Origin: a virus
Length of the DNA stretch: 64,000 nucleotides
Strand: one strand, 5' to 3'
IMG/VR virus record: IMGVR_UViG_3300017783_000003
Span: 32,001 to 96,000 of that record
Under the pieces are notes generated by a model. It worked only from the letters and a program-made list of their open reading frames with translations. It was not told the DNA's origin and did not search any database. The translations under genes and the position numbers were made by a program. Below, one piece after another: positions 1 to 11,092 of this stretch (positions are counted from its first letter, which is position 1; each line of letters begins with the position of its first letter).

Positions 1-3000
1 ATTATTGTTGGTATGCAAGCAGTTCAGTATGAATATACTACTGACAACTTTACTAACGGTAGACTTAACCCTGGTGCTACTCCAACAACAACTCAAATTC
101 CTGCTGGTGCATATGTCAGGAGAATTATTGACTCTTCTAGAGTTGAACTTGGTGCTGCTGGCAGTTATCTGAACACAGGTCTTACTGTCAATGCTAATTC
201 TACTGGTAATGGAGCATATATTTACTTCTCCTTACCTCAAACATCTTCACCAAGTGACAGTGTAAATGCACTTAGTGGTGTGTGGTCTTCTGTATCTGCT
301 GTTAAAGATCCAACAGTTCTGCAAGATACCACAACTTGGGGTGACTTTGATCCTGATGGTTATCCTGAGTGTTCTGGTATTGCTACAACAATCCAAGGAT
401 ACTTTAGAAATGTATCTCTTATCCTCAGTCAAGGTCTTACTGTTGTAAATGGTAGATATGCCGATGCTGCTAACTTAATTGAAGCAAACAAAGCATTTAT
501 TGCTAATGAAGCACTCGAAAGAATGCTTTTAGCAAATCCAGGATTTAGTGTTCCAGGTGGAAATGTTAACTGCTTGGATGATGTTAACGGTGTTATGGAT
601 GCGTTGATTTTCAACGTACGTTACGGCGAGAACAATAAAATTTATGAAGCAGGTGAACTGTATGTTCAAAATCCAACTGTTGTCGAAGGTGAAAGAGAAG
701 AATCTGTAGAAGTTTACCTTAATGTGAGAAACATTGCCACTCAGGTGATGAGAAATGAGTCAGTTACAGTATCTGGTAGTCACGGATTGACTCAGATTAT
801 TGATAACAGCGTTATTCCTGACTACAACGCAGATGGCACTCTGGCAACGCCACTTTGTCAGGATGTTGCTGGAACCATCACTACTTTGATGGCTATTGTT
901 ACTCAGTCGATTGGTACTTCAATTCTACCTGGAAATCTTATTGGTATTACTAAGACAACTCCAGATTTTACTACCATCACTAGAGAAGAACCAACTCTAG
1001 ACACAGCAAATCTTGCTGCTAGAGCAACTCTATTCACAATTTTCGTTGATGGTGCTACCACCAACCCACACAATTTTGAAACTGGAACCCCAGTTAGACT
1101 GGTTCCAAAAGCAAAAGCGGGTACAAATCCCGACAAACGTGTTATTAGACTTCCAAAAGGTTTCGATACCAACAGTATCTATTATGTAATCGCTCCTGGA
1201 AGAAATACACAACCAGAAAATTATTCCGATTTCTCCAAATACGAAGATATCTTCAGTTCACAAGCATCAACCAAGTTAATGCTTGCATCAACTAGAGAGA
1301 ATGCTGCTGCTGGTATCTATATTTACTCTTCAGAAACAGAAGCAGTTGATTCTAATGTTGAAATTCAACTGTTCCAATATGTACTTGACAGTAAGTATGA
1401 TCTACATCAGTACACTTGTAATTTCCCATCTGGAAGAACAGATGTCATTCAAACAGATGTACCCCACATCTTTGATGTTCCTGCGTCCACAGAAACTATT
1501 CATAAGATCTTCTTCAGAACATTTGGAGAAGATAGTGAGTCTAGACTACCTTCTATTGCAGGTGCAGATCAACTAGATCCTGGTGTTTACTATTACGCAA
1601 GATACAATAGTGCTAAGACATTTAGTGTCCACACAACTATTGCAGACGCTATTGCTGGTGTACAAAATATCACATTCACACCAAATTCTGGATATAACTG
1701 GTACGTATTCTGTGATAAGCGTACATCTCCAGTTAAATTTGACGCTTCTAGAACTGATGAGGACACAAGTACTGGTCAATGGTACATGCAAGTTAAAGAT
1801 GAATCTGGTAACGCAGACAACATCCTTAACAGATACCATGAACTAGGAAGCACTCTTAAAGATAAAAGATCCAAGAACGCTTATTACACCAGACTTAAAG
1901 ATGAAAGACCTGCGGAAGATAGAATCTATCGTCTCCGTTATGTTATTCCTAAGTATGCAGAAGGTGTACGTGATCCCCTTAACGGTTTTGTCATTAAAGT
2001 AAGATCAGACACAACCAGAAAACTACTACCACAGAAGATTGTTCTAGCACCAGTTGCAACAGGATCTCCTGATGTTGCTACATTCAATATCCCTATTGTT
2101 GATGATCAAGGCAATACTATTCAACAACAATTAGGTTTAACTTCCAGTCAACTTGATCCAAGTTTCTCCTATGATCCTTACAACATCAATAGTGTTAAGG
2201 TTATTCCTAGTGATAAAACTACATCTAAGGTTTCGTTCAGTATTCAGTCTGCTCGACAAGTAACTGTTGGTTCTGATCAACGTCTAGAACTATCTGTTTT
2301 CGATCATACAATTACTAATGATGCATTAAGGAACGATACCTTCGTTACTGTTCGTATTGAAGCTCCACAAAATGATACATTTAGATCTAATTCTGGTTTA
2401 AATGAGATCACTTGGTCTGGTAATTCTACTGGTTCTGGTCTTGTTCAGGCATATTTAACTGTCCCTGGAACAGATCTTCATTATCTCATCATCAGAAACA
2501 TTTCTGGTAACATTTCATACAACAATCTGATCGATACTACATTCTATCAGACTCTACTAGATGCAAACAATGATCCTGTTATTGATCCAGCAACTGGTAA
2601 TGAACAGCAAATCTTTGCTAAACTGGTCAAGAAACAAAATAGTGTTGGTTCTGAAGACGAATCTTTAAGTAAGTCTATTAAGGCAGACTATCTCTACAGC
2701 AATAAACTTGCTAATGTTCTCACCATGACTCCTGGTGATATCATTGAAGATGACACTAATACTTCTTATCGTATTATCTCAGTCGAAGATGCTGGAGAAA
2801 TCGAAGATAGTTTCTACATCTTTGATATTGATGAAATCCAGAGACGTATTCCTAATCAGCAGGAAGGTGTCTATTATCTAACATGTCTGCGTGGTAATAT
2901 TTCACCATTCCCAACTGGTGCTGGTGTTGGTCAGAACTTCAGAAACTTTAAGTTCTCTCAACCAATTTCTCAACTATATCCTCTCAATTACAAGAATGAT

Positions 3001-6000
3001 CCTTTATGGTTCCAGGTTGTTGACAACAATGGATCTAGAGATGAAACTATTCTTGATGTTCCACCTACAATTTGTGCTGCTGATAACTACATTCACGGTC
3101 TTGTTACAACTAACGACTATAAGAACAGTGAAACTAAGGAAGTTATTCTTGATCTGATTCAGAACCCTGCTCTTGCACGTTATGAGTATGGAAGTACAAT
3201 CAAAGCACAAGCAGGTAACGCTACTTCTGGTTCTGAAGATCGTAAGATCTCTATCTCTGGTGACTCTCCATATCCTACAGAGAACAAACTCTACGTCGAA
3301 CTGCGTCGTCCTTCTATTGCTAGATCTGGTAACCACACATTTGAGTATCTTGGATTCGGTCCTGGTAACTACTCAACTGGTTTCCCCCTACGTCAGGAAG
3401 TCGTCTTAGAAGACCTTCAGGACTTCTATGCTCAAAGTAAGAAAGAAGATGGTGGTATCGTCTTCTACACGGGTCTGAACTCCAACGGCGACCTTTATAT
3501 TGGTAACCGTAAGATCAACGCTATTACAGGCGAAGAGACATTCCTTGAGCAAGCAAGACTTAATGACTCCGATGATGAAGGTGGAGATCTCGGAAACCTT
3601 GTTACAACGTTTGAACTACCTGTTGTATTTGAAAAAGAAATTACCGTTGATGGTGATGCAGTATTCAATAATCCTGTATCAATCAATGTAGAACCAAATG
3701 AAGGCAATGCTCTAACTATCTTCTCTAACATTGACACCAATGCTGGTGATGATGGAACTTTAGATAGCAACAAATTTGCATTGAGTAACATACCTTCGGA
3801 AGGTAATATTACTCTAAGCAAGAACAGAATTTATTCTGCTATCTACGCATTAAATCCAAGAGGTAGTGATCTAGCATCAGGTCAAAATTATTCTATTAGA
3901 ACTCATGTTGATCAGTCAAATGGCGATCAACCATCTAATATCCAACCTGATCAATCCGATACAATTGGCAAAGCGGTATCATTTGGTTCCGACTTACCAA
4001 TTTCTGGTGATATTCTATTCAAAGGTAGAGAAGTTAACAGAACTGGTTCTCTTGGTTGGATCTTTGCCAACTATTATAGTGTTGTAAGTAATGATTTCTT
4101 GAGTGTACAGGTTATCAGTGCATTCCAGATTGAATTCACTACTATTACAGGAACTACTCTAGATGCTCTATCTGGAAACGTCAGTATTACTGCTGGTGGT
4201 GAAGTAAGATTGACTTCATTTGGTGGAGATTTAGAACCCATTAATGGTGTACGTAGAGTATTCAGTGTTGCTTCTGATAACAGATCGTTCATCGTTCAGT
4301 CTCCTGTAGAGATTAGTCCTAGTGCTATTCTCACAATGCCAGGTGCTCAATCTAATCCTGATAATCCAACAGCAGTTCTTGAAGTAGGCACTCTACAATG
4401 GAAAGAGTTTGGTGTACTTGGTGCTGAAGCACTTAGAACTAATACTAATGATGATGGTATCTATTCTCTTGGTGTTAACACTCTTGCCCGTGCGGAGCAT
4501 AGTGATGCAAACAATGCATTTACTTCAGATGCTACTACCCCTAGAGCAACTTTAGATGTTGTTGGTAACACATGGATCAGTGGTAAGTCTCTTGATGCAA
4601 ATAATTGGACTGCTAATCCTTCACTGGTAAACAGAACATTCAATGGAATTTCTGAAGCCTTCATGGTTGGTGGTGATAGCACAACATCGGCAAATGTAGC
4701 AACCCTAAGAGTTTCTACACTAGATGATCGTGTTGGTATTAATGCAACTGCTCCTCAACTTGATAGAACTTTGGTTGTGTACGGTGATGCAAGAATCACC
4801 AGCAATTTAAGACTTCAATCAAATATGGAATTAAATGGTGGTAATCTAACCACCACTTCAACTTCCTTTAACTTAGCAACAACCAATGCATTATCTGCTG
4901 TAGCATTTAGTGTAGCAACTAACATTGCTATTGGTAACTCTGCTGTTACTGCACAAACATTCACATTTGGTTTCAATGCACCAGAGCAGGAAATCAACTT
5001 CGCTTCATTCTCACCAACCACAAGATTCAATGTACACACAGGTGCAGAGACTTCCTTCATTAAAATGGGTCTGGTTGGTAATGATCAGACACCAACTACA
5101 GCTGCTCCTAAGATTAGTGTTGTTGAATTTGGTGGTGGTTATCTAAATGATGGTGATAGTCTACTAACAGGTTCTGTATTCAAAATTTACAACAGATATA
5201 CAGAAGTAGATGGAGATTTGAGAATTGGTTCTAGATTTGACCCTGGTTCTGGCACTGCTAAACTTAATTCTAACGCAAGAGTTGTTGAGATGTTCTCACT
5301 CAACACTTCTAGATTAAGCATTGGTGCTAGTGCTGGTGACCTAGAGTTTGGTGCTAAAGGTGGTACAACTACTATCAATAACTCTTTGGTTGTTGAAGCA
5401 AATGGAACTGTTAAAGGTGACTTTACTCACTCTGGTGGTCTTAACACTGGTCAATATTCAATTAGAAGAGGTTCGTTCTCTACACCTACATTAAGTCATG
5501 ATCAAGGATCTATTGATACCACTAATCTTGACTTGTTCTCGAAGCAAACTATTAACAGAACACTGGATACAGGTGGTTTGGGAACTTGGAATATTAATGA
5601 GTGGAAAGTTGATCCAACTGATTCACAAGAAGATGAATACTTCATGCCTATTGGTCAAATAAGTAGCACCATTCAGTTTGAAATTGGTTCTTACATTTTG
5701 ATCGATAGAACTACTTCAGTAGCTGGTCAAAATTCCACAGTATCTCCTGTTGGTGAAGAGTTCAGTGAACTTGTACTTATTACTGGTTTAACTAACTTAA
5801 ATGACCAATCTGGCGGTAAGAAAATTACTTTAAGGGTTAGAAGAGCACAGAACCAACTAAATGGTGATGGCACTTTAATTGCAGATGTAAATCAAGCATC
5901 TGGATATAAGTATCTACGCAATGATCACCCCGACAACGCTGTTCTGGTTAGATATGATCTTTCCGAAAATGTAAGTTTCATCAATAATCCAGATGGTCTT

Positions 6001-7119
6001 GCCAACTCGGGTGCTGGAACACTGGATAATCTAACAACTGGTGTGTTCTCTGGCACAGTTAAACAAGGAGACATCTTTAGATTAACTGATAGTGAACTCG
6101 CATTCTTGAATGAAATTAATGTCACTAATCCTCAGATGTTGAGAGTTACTGATGGCACAACTTTAGATGTATTCACAGTTGAATCTACTACTGGTGATAC
6201 TATGGTTCTGGGTGATTTGGATATCTACTCCAATTTCTTCCAGCATGGTTCTAACACTCCAGATTTCCAAGAATTGGTAGTCTTTGATGGAAGTGATAGA
6301 AGAAGATTTACAGTTGATAGTGCTACTGGAAACACTAAGATCTTTGGTACTCTAAATATTGGTAATACCCAACTTTATGATAGATTAACTGTAGAGTCAA
6401 ATACTGGTGATTTGACAATGCGTGGTGGAGATTTGTTAATCTCTGGTGATAACCTCACCGATACCAAATTGTTCTTACAGAACAATACTGGCAACTTGAC
6501 AATCAGCGGTTTGTTTACTTCCGAAGATACGGAAGGTGAAAACACATTCAACACTGACTTAGTTGTCAATGGCGACAACTTTACCGTCAACAAAGTTAGA
6601 AATATCGGTGGCGTAGATACTCCAACCGAGATGTTTAGAACTCGTTGGATTGATGCTGATACCAACAGACCCGAAGGTGCAGCAATTAACTTTGCTGGTC
6701 AAGAAGGATTCCTCACACAAACAGGTGCTAGAAAATGGGTTTACGTTCCAACGGGTGCCGACATTATTGATGCAACTTCTAATGTCAACTACTTTATTGC
6801 TCCTACTGCAGACACTGTAATCAAACTACCAGATAATCCTCTAACTGGTGATATGATTAGATTCGTTGATACTGGTGGAAATCTAACATATAACGTCTCA
6901 CTCAAGTTTAGAGCACCTAACGGTGTTGCAATCCAAGGAGATGATACTAACTCTGGTACTTCACCAGATCCTGGTACTGATTACATTAGTGGTGGTGAAT
7001 TAGTTGTTCAAACACCAAACGCAGCATTAGGTCTTGTATTCATTGGATCTGTAAACTATGATGGAACCACAACTGGTGCTCCATCTAGTCAACAGGGTTG
7101 GTGGTTAATGGAGATTTAA
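1..7119 (+). CDS. Giant virion structural / fibre-like protein, 5' truncated by the window edge
   Basis: Frame is open from base 1 (I-I-V-G-M...). More than 2368 aa, G/T/S/N/D-rich. Conserved cyanomyovirus segments (ELRRPSIARSGNHTFEYLGFGPGNYSTGFP). C-terminal LPDNPLTGDMIRFVDTGGNL resembles the T4 gp9/gp10-type domain. Confidence 0.8.
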   Translation: MIVGMQAVQYEYTTDNFTNGRLNPGATPTTTQIPAGAYVRRIIDSSRVELGAAGSYLNTGLTVNANSTGNGAYIYFSLPQTSSPSDSVNALSGVWSSVSAVKDPTVLQDTTTWGDFDPDGYPECSGIATTIQGYFRNVSLILSQGLTVVNGRYADAANLIEANKAFIANEALERMLLANPGFSVPGGNVNCLDDVNGVMDALIFNVRYGENNKIYEAGELYVQNPTVVEGEREESVEVYLNVRNIATQVMRNESVTVSGSHGLTQIIDNSVIPDYNADGTLATPLCQDVAGTITTLMAIVTQSIGTSILPGNLIGITKTTPDFTTITREEPTLDTANLAARATLFTIFVDGATTNPHNFETGTPVRLVPKAKAGTNPDKRVIRLPKGFDTNSIYYVIAPGRNTQPENYSDFSKYEDIFSSQASTKLMLASTRENAAAGIYIYSSETEAVDSNVEIQLFQYVLDSKYDLHQYTCNFPSGRTDVIQTDVPHIFDVPASTETIHKIFFRTFGEDSESRLPSIAGADQLDPGVYYYARYNSAKTFSVHTTIADAIAGVQNITFTPNSGYNWYVFCDKRTSPVKFDASRTDEDTSTGQWYMQVKDESGNADNILNRYHELGSTLKDKRSKNAYYTRLKDERPAEDRIYRLRYVIPKYAEGVRDPLNGFVIKVRSDTTRKLLPQKIVLAPVATGSPDVATFNIPIVDDQGNTIQQQLGLTSSQLDPSFSYDPYNINSVKVIPSDKTTSKVSFSIQSARQVTVGSDQRLELSVFDHTITNDALRNDTFVTVRIEAPQNDTFRSNSGLNEITWSGNSTGSGLVQAYLTVPGTDLHYLIIRNISGNISYNNLIDTTFYQTLLDANNDPVIDPATGNEQQIFAKLVKKQNSVGSEDESLSKSIKADYLYSNKLANVLTMTPGDIIEDDTNTSYRIISVEDAGEIEDSFYIFDIDEIQRRIPNQQEGVYYLTCLRGNISPFPTGAGVGQNFRNFKFSQPISQLYPLNYKNDPLWFQVVDNNGSRDETILDVPPTICAADNYIHGLVTTNDYKNSETKEVILDLIQNPALARYEYGSTIKAQAGNATSGSEDRKISISGDSPYPTENKLYVELRRPSIARSGNHTFEYLGFGPGNYSTGFPLRQEVVLEDLQDFYAQSKKEDGGIVFYTGLNSNGDLYIGNRKINAITGEETFLEQARLNDSDDEGGDLGNLVTTFELPVVFEKEITVDGDAVFNNPVSINVEPNEGNALTIFSNIDTNAGDDGTLDSNKFALSNIPSEGNITLSKNRIYSAIYALNPRGSDLASGQNYSIRTHVDQSNGDQPSNIQPDQSDTIGKAVSFGSDLPISGDILFKGREVNRTGSLGWIFANYYSVVSNDFLSVQVISAFQIEFTTITGTTLDALSGNVSITAGGEVRLTSFGGDLEPINGVRRVFSVASDNRSFIVQSPVEISPSAILTMPGAQSNPDNPTAVLEVGTLQWKEFGVLGAEALRTNTNDDGIYSLGVNTLARAEHSDANNAFTSDATTPRATLDVVGNTWISGKSLDANNWTANPSLVNRTFNGISEAFMVGGDSTTSANVATLRVSTLDDRVGINATAPQLDRTLVVYGDARITSNLRLQSNMELNGGNLTTTSTSFNLATTNALSAVAFSVATNIAIGNSAVTAQTFTFGFNAPEQEINFASFSPTTRFNVHTGAETSFIKMGLVGNDQTPTTAAPKISVVEFGGGYLNDGDSLLTGSVFKIYNRYTEVDGDLRIGSRFDPGSGTAKLNSNARVVEMFSLNTSRLSIGASAGDLEFGAKGGTTTINNSLVVEANGTVKGDFTHSGGLNTGQYSIRRGSFSTPTLSHDQGSIDTTNLDLFSKQTINRTLDTGGLGTWNINEWKVDPTDSQEDEYFMPIGQISSTIQFEIGSYILIDRTTSVAGQNSTVSPVGEEFSELVLITGLTNLNDQSGGKKITLRVRRAQNQLNGDGTLIADVNQASGYKYLRNDHPDNAVLVRYDLSENVSFINNPDGLANSGAGTLDNLTTGVFSGTVKQGDIFRLTDSELAFLNEINVTNPQMLRVTDGTTLDVFTVESTTGDTMVLGDLDIYSNFFQHGSNTPDFQELVVFDGSDRRRFTVDSATGNTKIFGTLNIGNTQLYDRLTVESNTGDLTMRGGDLLISGDNLTDTKLFLQNNTGNLTISGLFTSEDTEGENTFNTDLVVNGDNFTVNKVRNIGGVDTPTEMFRTRWIDADTNRPEGAAINFAGQEGFLTQTGARKWVYVPTGADIIDATSNVNYFIAPTADTVIKLPDNPLTGDMIRFVDTGGNLTYNVSLKFRAPNGVAIQGDDTNSGTSPDPGTDYISGGELVVQTPNAALGLVFIGSVNYDGTTTGAPSSQQGWWLMEI

Positions 7120-7122
7120 TAG

Positions 7123-8832
7123 ATGCAGTCATACACAGCAATCAGAACAATGAAAGGGTTGCCCATTGGGTCTGTGCAACCCTGGACGGGAGATCTGTCT
7201 CGTATCCCCAATGGTTGGTTATTGGCTAATGGTGCTGAATTGAACGCAGTTGATTACCCTCTACTTGCACGTATTTTAAAAGATACTTATGGTGGAGTAA
7301 ACTTCACAGGAGTCTTTCCAAATTACGACGGAACATTTAGATTACCACCCACAAATCAAAAAGGACTATCAGACATTGATTCTAGTTACTTCAATGACGA
7401 TGACGTTTCTACTGGTCTAAGAAATAATGTATTCGATACTGTTGAAGCAGGAGCACAAGTATCACAATTTATTGGTGCTGTTGGTGATTTAGGTATCCCT
7501 TCATCTTTAAACGCTGTTACTGATTTACTATTCAGTTATACTCCAGACCCAGATGGTGTTATTTTAACTACAACTTATTCTGGCACTGCTCCTTCCACAG
7601 ATGTTGCTCAAGTATATGAACCAGGAGATCTAAGTGTCACTACTAATGGGAGTGGAACTGGAGCAGCGTTTCGTGTTGTTCAGAATACCAACAACACATT
7701 CTCAATTAAAATGGTATCTGGTGGTCAATTGTATGTTCAAGAAGATACAATTACTATCTTGGGAACATCTTTTAATAAGGGAGAAGTTGCTGGTAGTGAA
7801 GTTTTGGGCACAAGTCCAACAAATGATTTAAACGTCGTAGTTGAAGCAACTGGAGATGGTTTCTTTGAAGGAACTATTGAAGGTCAGTCTGTTATTGCTG
7901 GATTTGGTATCAAACCAATTTTTATTGTTGGTAGAAAATTATCTAGAGATCATTTCCCACAACATTTTCATGTTAATGATACTGGTTTCGCAACTATCAA
8001 CAAAAATGATTCTGGAGACTTCCCTGGATTTGGTGTAGGTGTATTTGATACCCCCGAGATTCAAATTCAAGCATATTGGTATAGAAGAACAGGTTGTGAA
8101 ATTCCTTTCGATGTTGTTGGTTGTAATGATGAAGAGAGAAGAAAGAATAGATCTAAACCAAAAACTATTGAAATTATGTGGAGTGGTCAAACTGGTAGTG
8201 AAAATGATTTCAGTACCACTGTTGGTGGTAATGGTATGGTACAACCATTCCAAACAGGTCAGGGTAGATATGCTATTGCAATGGTCGAAGGTACAAAACC
8301 AATTAAAGAACACAGACCAAATAGAACTGGACCAGATCGTCATGGTGTAGGTAAAAATTGGTTTACTGAAGGACAAAAACTTAGAGTTACTGACAGTATC
8401 ACTAGTAGCAACACTAGTTGGTTATCGAGTTTGAAAGCAGACGGTAAAATTCTTGCAGGATTAACACGTCTACCATTTTCAGATACATCTAATGCAGCAA
8501 ATGCACCTAACTATGATGATGGTGGTGGTGATGGTAATGCTACTGGTTTGAGTGATGGTTTGGTTAATCCTCAACAAGTTTTAATGAACGGTGATTTAAT
8601 TCATTACAATACTACAGAAAATGCTCCTGGGTTAACTCAAGTTATTCAGGCACATAATCATGGTGGTGAATTTAACGTCCTATATAATGGAGAAGCACTG
8701 CAAGCAAAATCTCCACTTACTGCCGTAGCAGCACCTAATGTAACACCAGATGATATTTTTGATGCGTTTCAGATTACATTTACTACGACATCACCTTCTA
8801 TGGCATGTATTCACTTAATTAGAGCATACTAA
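7123..8832 (+). CDS. Tail-collar-domain fibre protein
   Basis: N-terminal PIGSVQPWTG..IPNGWLLANG..YPLLARIL...FRLP collar motif; HxH motifs (QHFH, AHNH) like T4 gp12/gp37 tips. Confidence 0.8.
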   Translation: MQSYTAIRTMKGLPIGSVQPWTGDLSRIPNGWLLANGAELNAVDYPLLARILKDTYGGVNFTGVFPNYDGTFRLPPTNQKGLSDIDSSYFNDDDVSTGLRNNVFDTVEAGAQVSQFIGAVGDLGIPSSLNAVTDLLFSYTPDPDGVILTTTYSGTAPSTDVAQVYEPGDLSVTTNGSGTGAAFRVVQNTNNTFSIKMVSGGQLYVQEDTITILGTSFNKGEVAGSEVLGTSPTNDLNVVVEATGDGFFEGTIEGQSVIAGFGIKPIFIVGRKLSRDHFPQHFHVNDTGFATINKNDSGDFPGFGVGVFDTPEIQIQAYWYRRTGCEIPFDVVGCNDEERRKNRSKPKTIEIMWSGQTGSENDFSTTVGGNGMVQPFQTGQGRYAIAMVEGTKPIKEHRPNRTGPDRHGVGKNWFTEGQKLRVTDSITSSNTSWLSSLKADGKILAGLTRLPFSDTSNAANAPNYDDGGGDGNATGLSDGLVNPQQVLMNGDLIHYNTTENAPGLTQVIQAHNHGGEFNVLYNGEALQAKSPLTAVAAPNVTPDDIFDAFQITFTTTSPSMACIHLIRAY

Positions 8833-9698
8833 TGACAGTATACTACACAAAACAAAAAGCAAAATTTGGAGGAGTTACGGGAACAATCATTCCATTTCCT
8901 GTTTCCATTGAAATCCCATCATTTAGAGATGAGATTTTACCTGCAGGATTTTTAAAATGTGATGGAAAAATTTTAAAAGCAGATATATATCCTGCATTGG
9001 CAGCAACAATTGGTATTGGATCTGATTGCAAATTTGCTAAAGATCCAGACAATATGGCACCAGATGAAATTCAATTGCCAGATTTAGGATCGAAGTATGT
9101 TAGATCTTCTACGGCATCAGGTGAGTATTTAAACGATACATTAAATCAGAATCCTTTAATCAAAAAAGTCGGTACTGAAATTGAAATTGTATCCTTGATT
9201 GGTAGTGAAGCTACTATTTCATACAGTGGTTTGTTCCAAATTCAAGGTCAAAGTGGTATTGGATTTAATGGTAGATCCATATTAGAATTACAATCTCCAA
9301 CTACATTGAATGATCAGTTATCTGAAGAAAATTTTCAGGCACATGGACATAATGCAGACACTGCTGTTATGACATATACTGGTAGATGGACAGATAACTT
9401 TTTTGTCGCAGATTTTGGTGCTAGAGGTGGTAATGCGGCACAAACAGAAGCACAGAATGATTACGTACTACTGCCATCCCCAGAGGGTGCGTCAACTTTA
9501 GTATCACATAATCATGATATTAATTTACCAACATCTAGTGAATTACGTGCAAACAATACCCAAACAATGTTCTTTGACACATTCAACATTCCTGCTGATG
9601 GTCTAACTAGTACTGTTACAGTTACTACAGAAGATACTATTAAACTAGATGACATAACATCACCATATTATCTTGTAGAGTACATTATTAAAGTCTGA
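8832..9698 (+). CDS. Tail-collar-domain short fibre protein
   Basis: GTIIPF..PAGFLKCDG..YPALA..IG..LPDLGSKYVR collar motif; AHGH and SHNH motifs; ends PYYLVEYIIKV. Confidence 0.8.
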   Translation: MTVYYTKQKAKFGGVTGTIIPFPVSIEIPSFRDEILPAGFLKCDGKILKADIYPALAATIGIGSDCKFAKDPDNMAPDEIQLPDLGSKYVRSSTASGEYLNDTLNQNPLIKKVGTEIEIVSLIGSEATISYSGLFQIQGQSGIGFNGRSILELQSPTTLNDQLSEENFQAHGHNADTAVMTYTGRWTDNFFVADFGARGGNAAQTEAQNDYVLLPSPEGASTLVSHNHDINLPTSSELRANNTQTMFFDTFNIPADGLTSTVTVTTEDTIKLDDITSPYYLVEYIIKV

Positions 9699-9700
9699 AC

Positions 9701-11092
9701 ATGGCAATATTAGCATCCAATTTTAATTCTAGATCAGTAAACAGGGATAATACAAATTATCCTACTATTAGTAATGCTGCATCAGCTTGGTCTACGTTTA
9801 TGAACACGTATGCAGTGTATCAACGTGGTTTATATGAATGGGATATTGAGGTCAATGATTGGGGATTGCAGAAATTTCAAGTCGCTGCAGACAACTTAGC
9901 ATATGTTTATTTGGATGGAGAATATATTGGTGATGCAGGATCTTATAATACTTCGGGTAATATTTTAACCTCCACAGAGTATTATAATTTTACCGATATA
10001 ATGCGGTTGACTATTATTAATAGTGATACTGGAGTAAAACCAATGGGTGTTGCTGCTAAATTTTATGGAGCTGTATATTCCCCTCTAAATTTATCATCAT
10101 TCACAGTTGCCCCTTTAGTAGCACAAAATACTACTCAAGTAGAATTACTTTGGGTAGTTCAAAATGCTGTCAAGGTAGAAATTGATCAAGGTGTTGGTGA
10201 TGTTACTGGACAATCAAATATAACTGTAGATACATATCTAAAATCTAATAATAATTTCCAATCCCCCGCTAGAAAAACTTATACTATTAAAGCATGGGGT
10301 GCAGTAGAAGAAGATACAGATACTCTACCATTAGAAGCACTGGTTAAAAATGATAATAGACCAGATGCATTTGAAATTCCAATTTTCGCCAGTCAAGAAC
10401 CTGATACCACTATCATATATAATGTCAACCCAATAACTGGATTTGATGTCCCAATCAATGTAAGTGGTGATGGTTTTGTTTTAGTTGCAGAAGGAGGTAG
10501 TTCAGCATTTACAAGTTCTATTACACTAAATCCATTAAATCAAGGATTTAGAATTAGATTCACTACTTTACCATTTAATCCTTCTCCAGATACTACAGTT
10601 AATTCGATAGTTCGTCATGTTGATGTAGGTCCAGATAGAAAATACTTTCAAATATCTACAAGAGCGCCAGATGATGCAGAGATATTTGATTTTGGAGATC
10701 TAACTCAAGAAGTTCCATTTCCAGTTCCCCCTGGCAACTCAGAATTACAGACACCACAAATTCAATCTCCAACTACAGTTGAACTTACTGTCGCAGCATG
10801 GCAGGTAGAATTGCAAGATACTGATAGAGTTAATGAGTTGGACGGTGTTGAAGTTAGAGCAGATGATACTGACCTTGAGGTTCGTGTCAAACCTTTAGGA
10901 TCATCATGGTTGGGGTGGCAAAATCCCGACAATATATATAACACAGTTGGTGATCAAGCACCAAGGTTGATTGATAACATGGACTTTAGTCCACTAACTG
11001 CACGTAGTGGTAGTGTTGCTAATCAATTTCCAACACGTATTCGTACTAGAGTTGTAGGAACATTAACCGCAAAAAATATACTAGAAAGCTAA
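9701..11092 (+). CDS. Virion structural protein with a lectin/PA14-like N-terminus
   Basis: FQVAADNLAYVYLDG...PMGVAA motif; C-terminal half is paralogous to the next gene. Confidence 0.6.
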   Translation: MAILASNFNSRSVNRDNTNYPTISNAASAWSTFMNTYAVYQRGLYEWDIEVNDWGLQKFQVAADNLAYVYLDGEYIGDAGSYNTSGNILTSTEYYNFTDIMRLTIINSDTGVKPMGVAAKFYGAVYSPLNLSSFTVAPLVAQNTTQVELLWVVQNAVKVEIDQGVGDVTGQSNITVDTYLKSNNNFQSPARKTYTIKAWGAVEEDTDTLPLEALVKNDNRPDAFEIPIFASQEPDTTIIYNVNPITGFDVPINVSGDGFVLVAEGGSSAFTSSITLNPLNQGFRIRFTTLPFNPSPDTTVNSIVRHVDVGPDRKYFQISTRAPDDAEIFDFGDLTQEVPFPVPPGNSELQTPQIQSPTTVELTVAAWQVELQDTDRVNELDGVEVRADDTDLEVRVKPLGSSWLGWQNPDNIYNTVGDQAPRLIDNMDFSPLTARSGSVANQFPTRIRTRVVGTLTAKNILES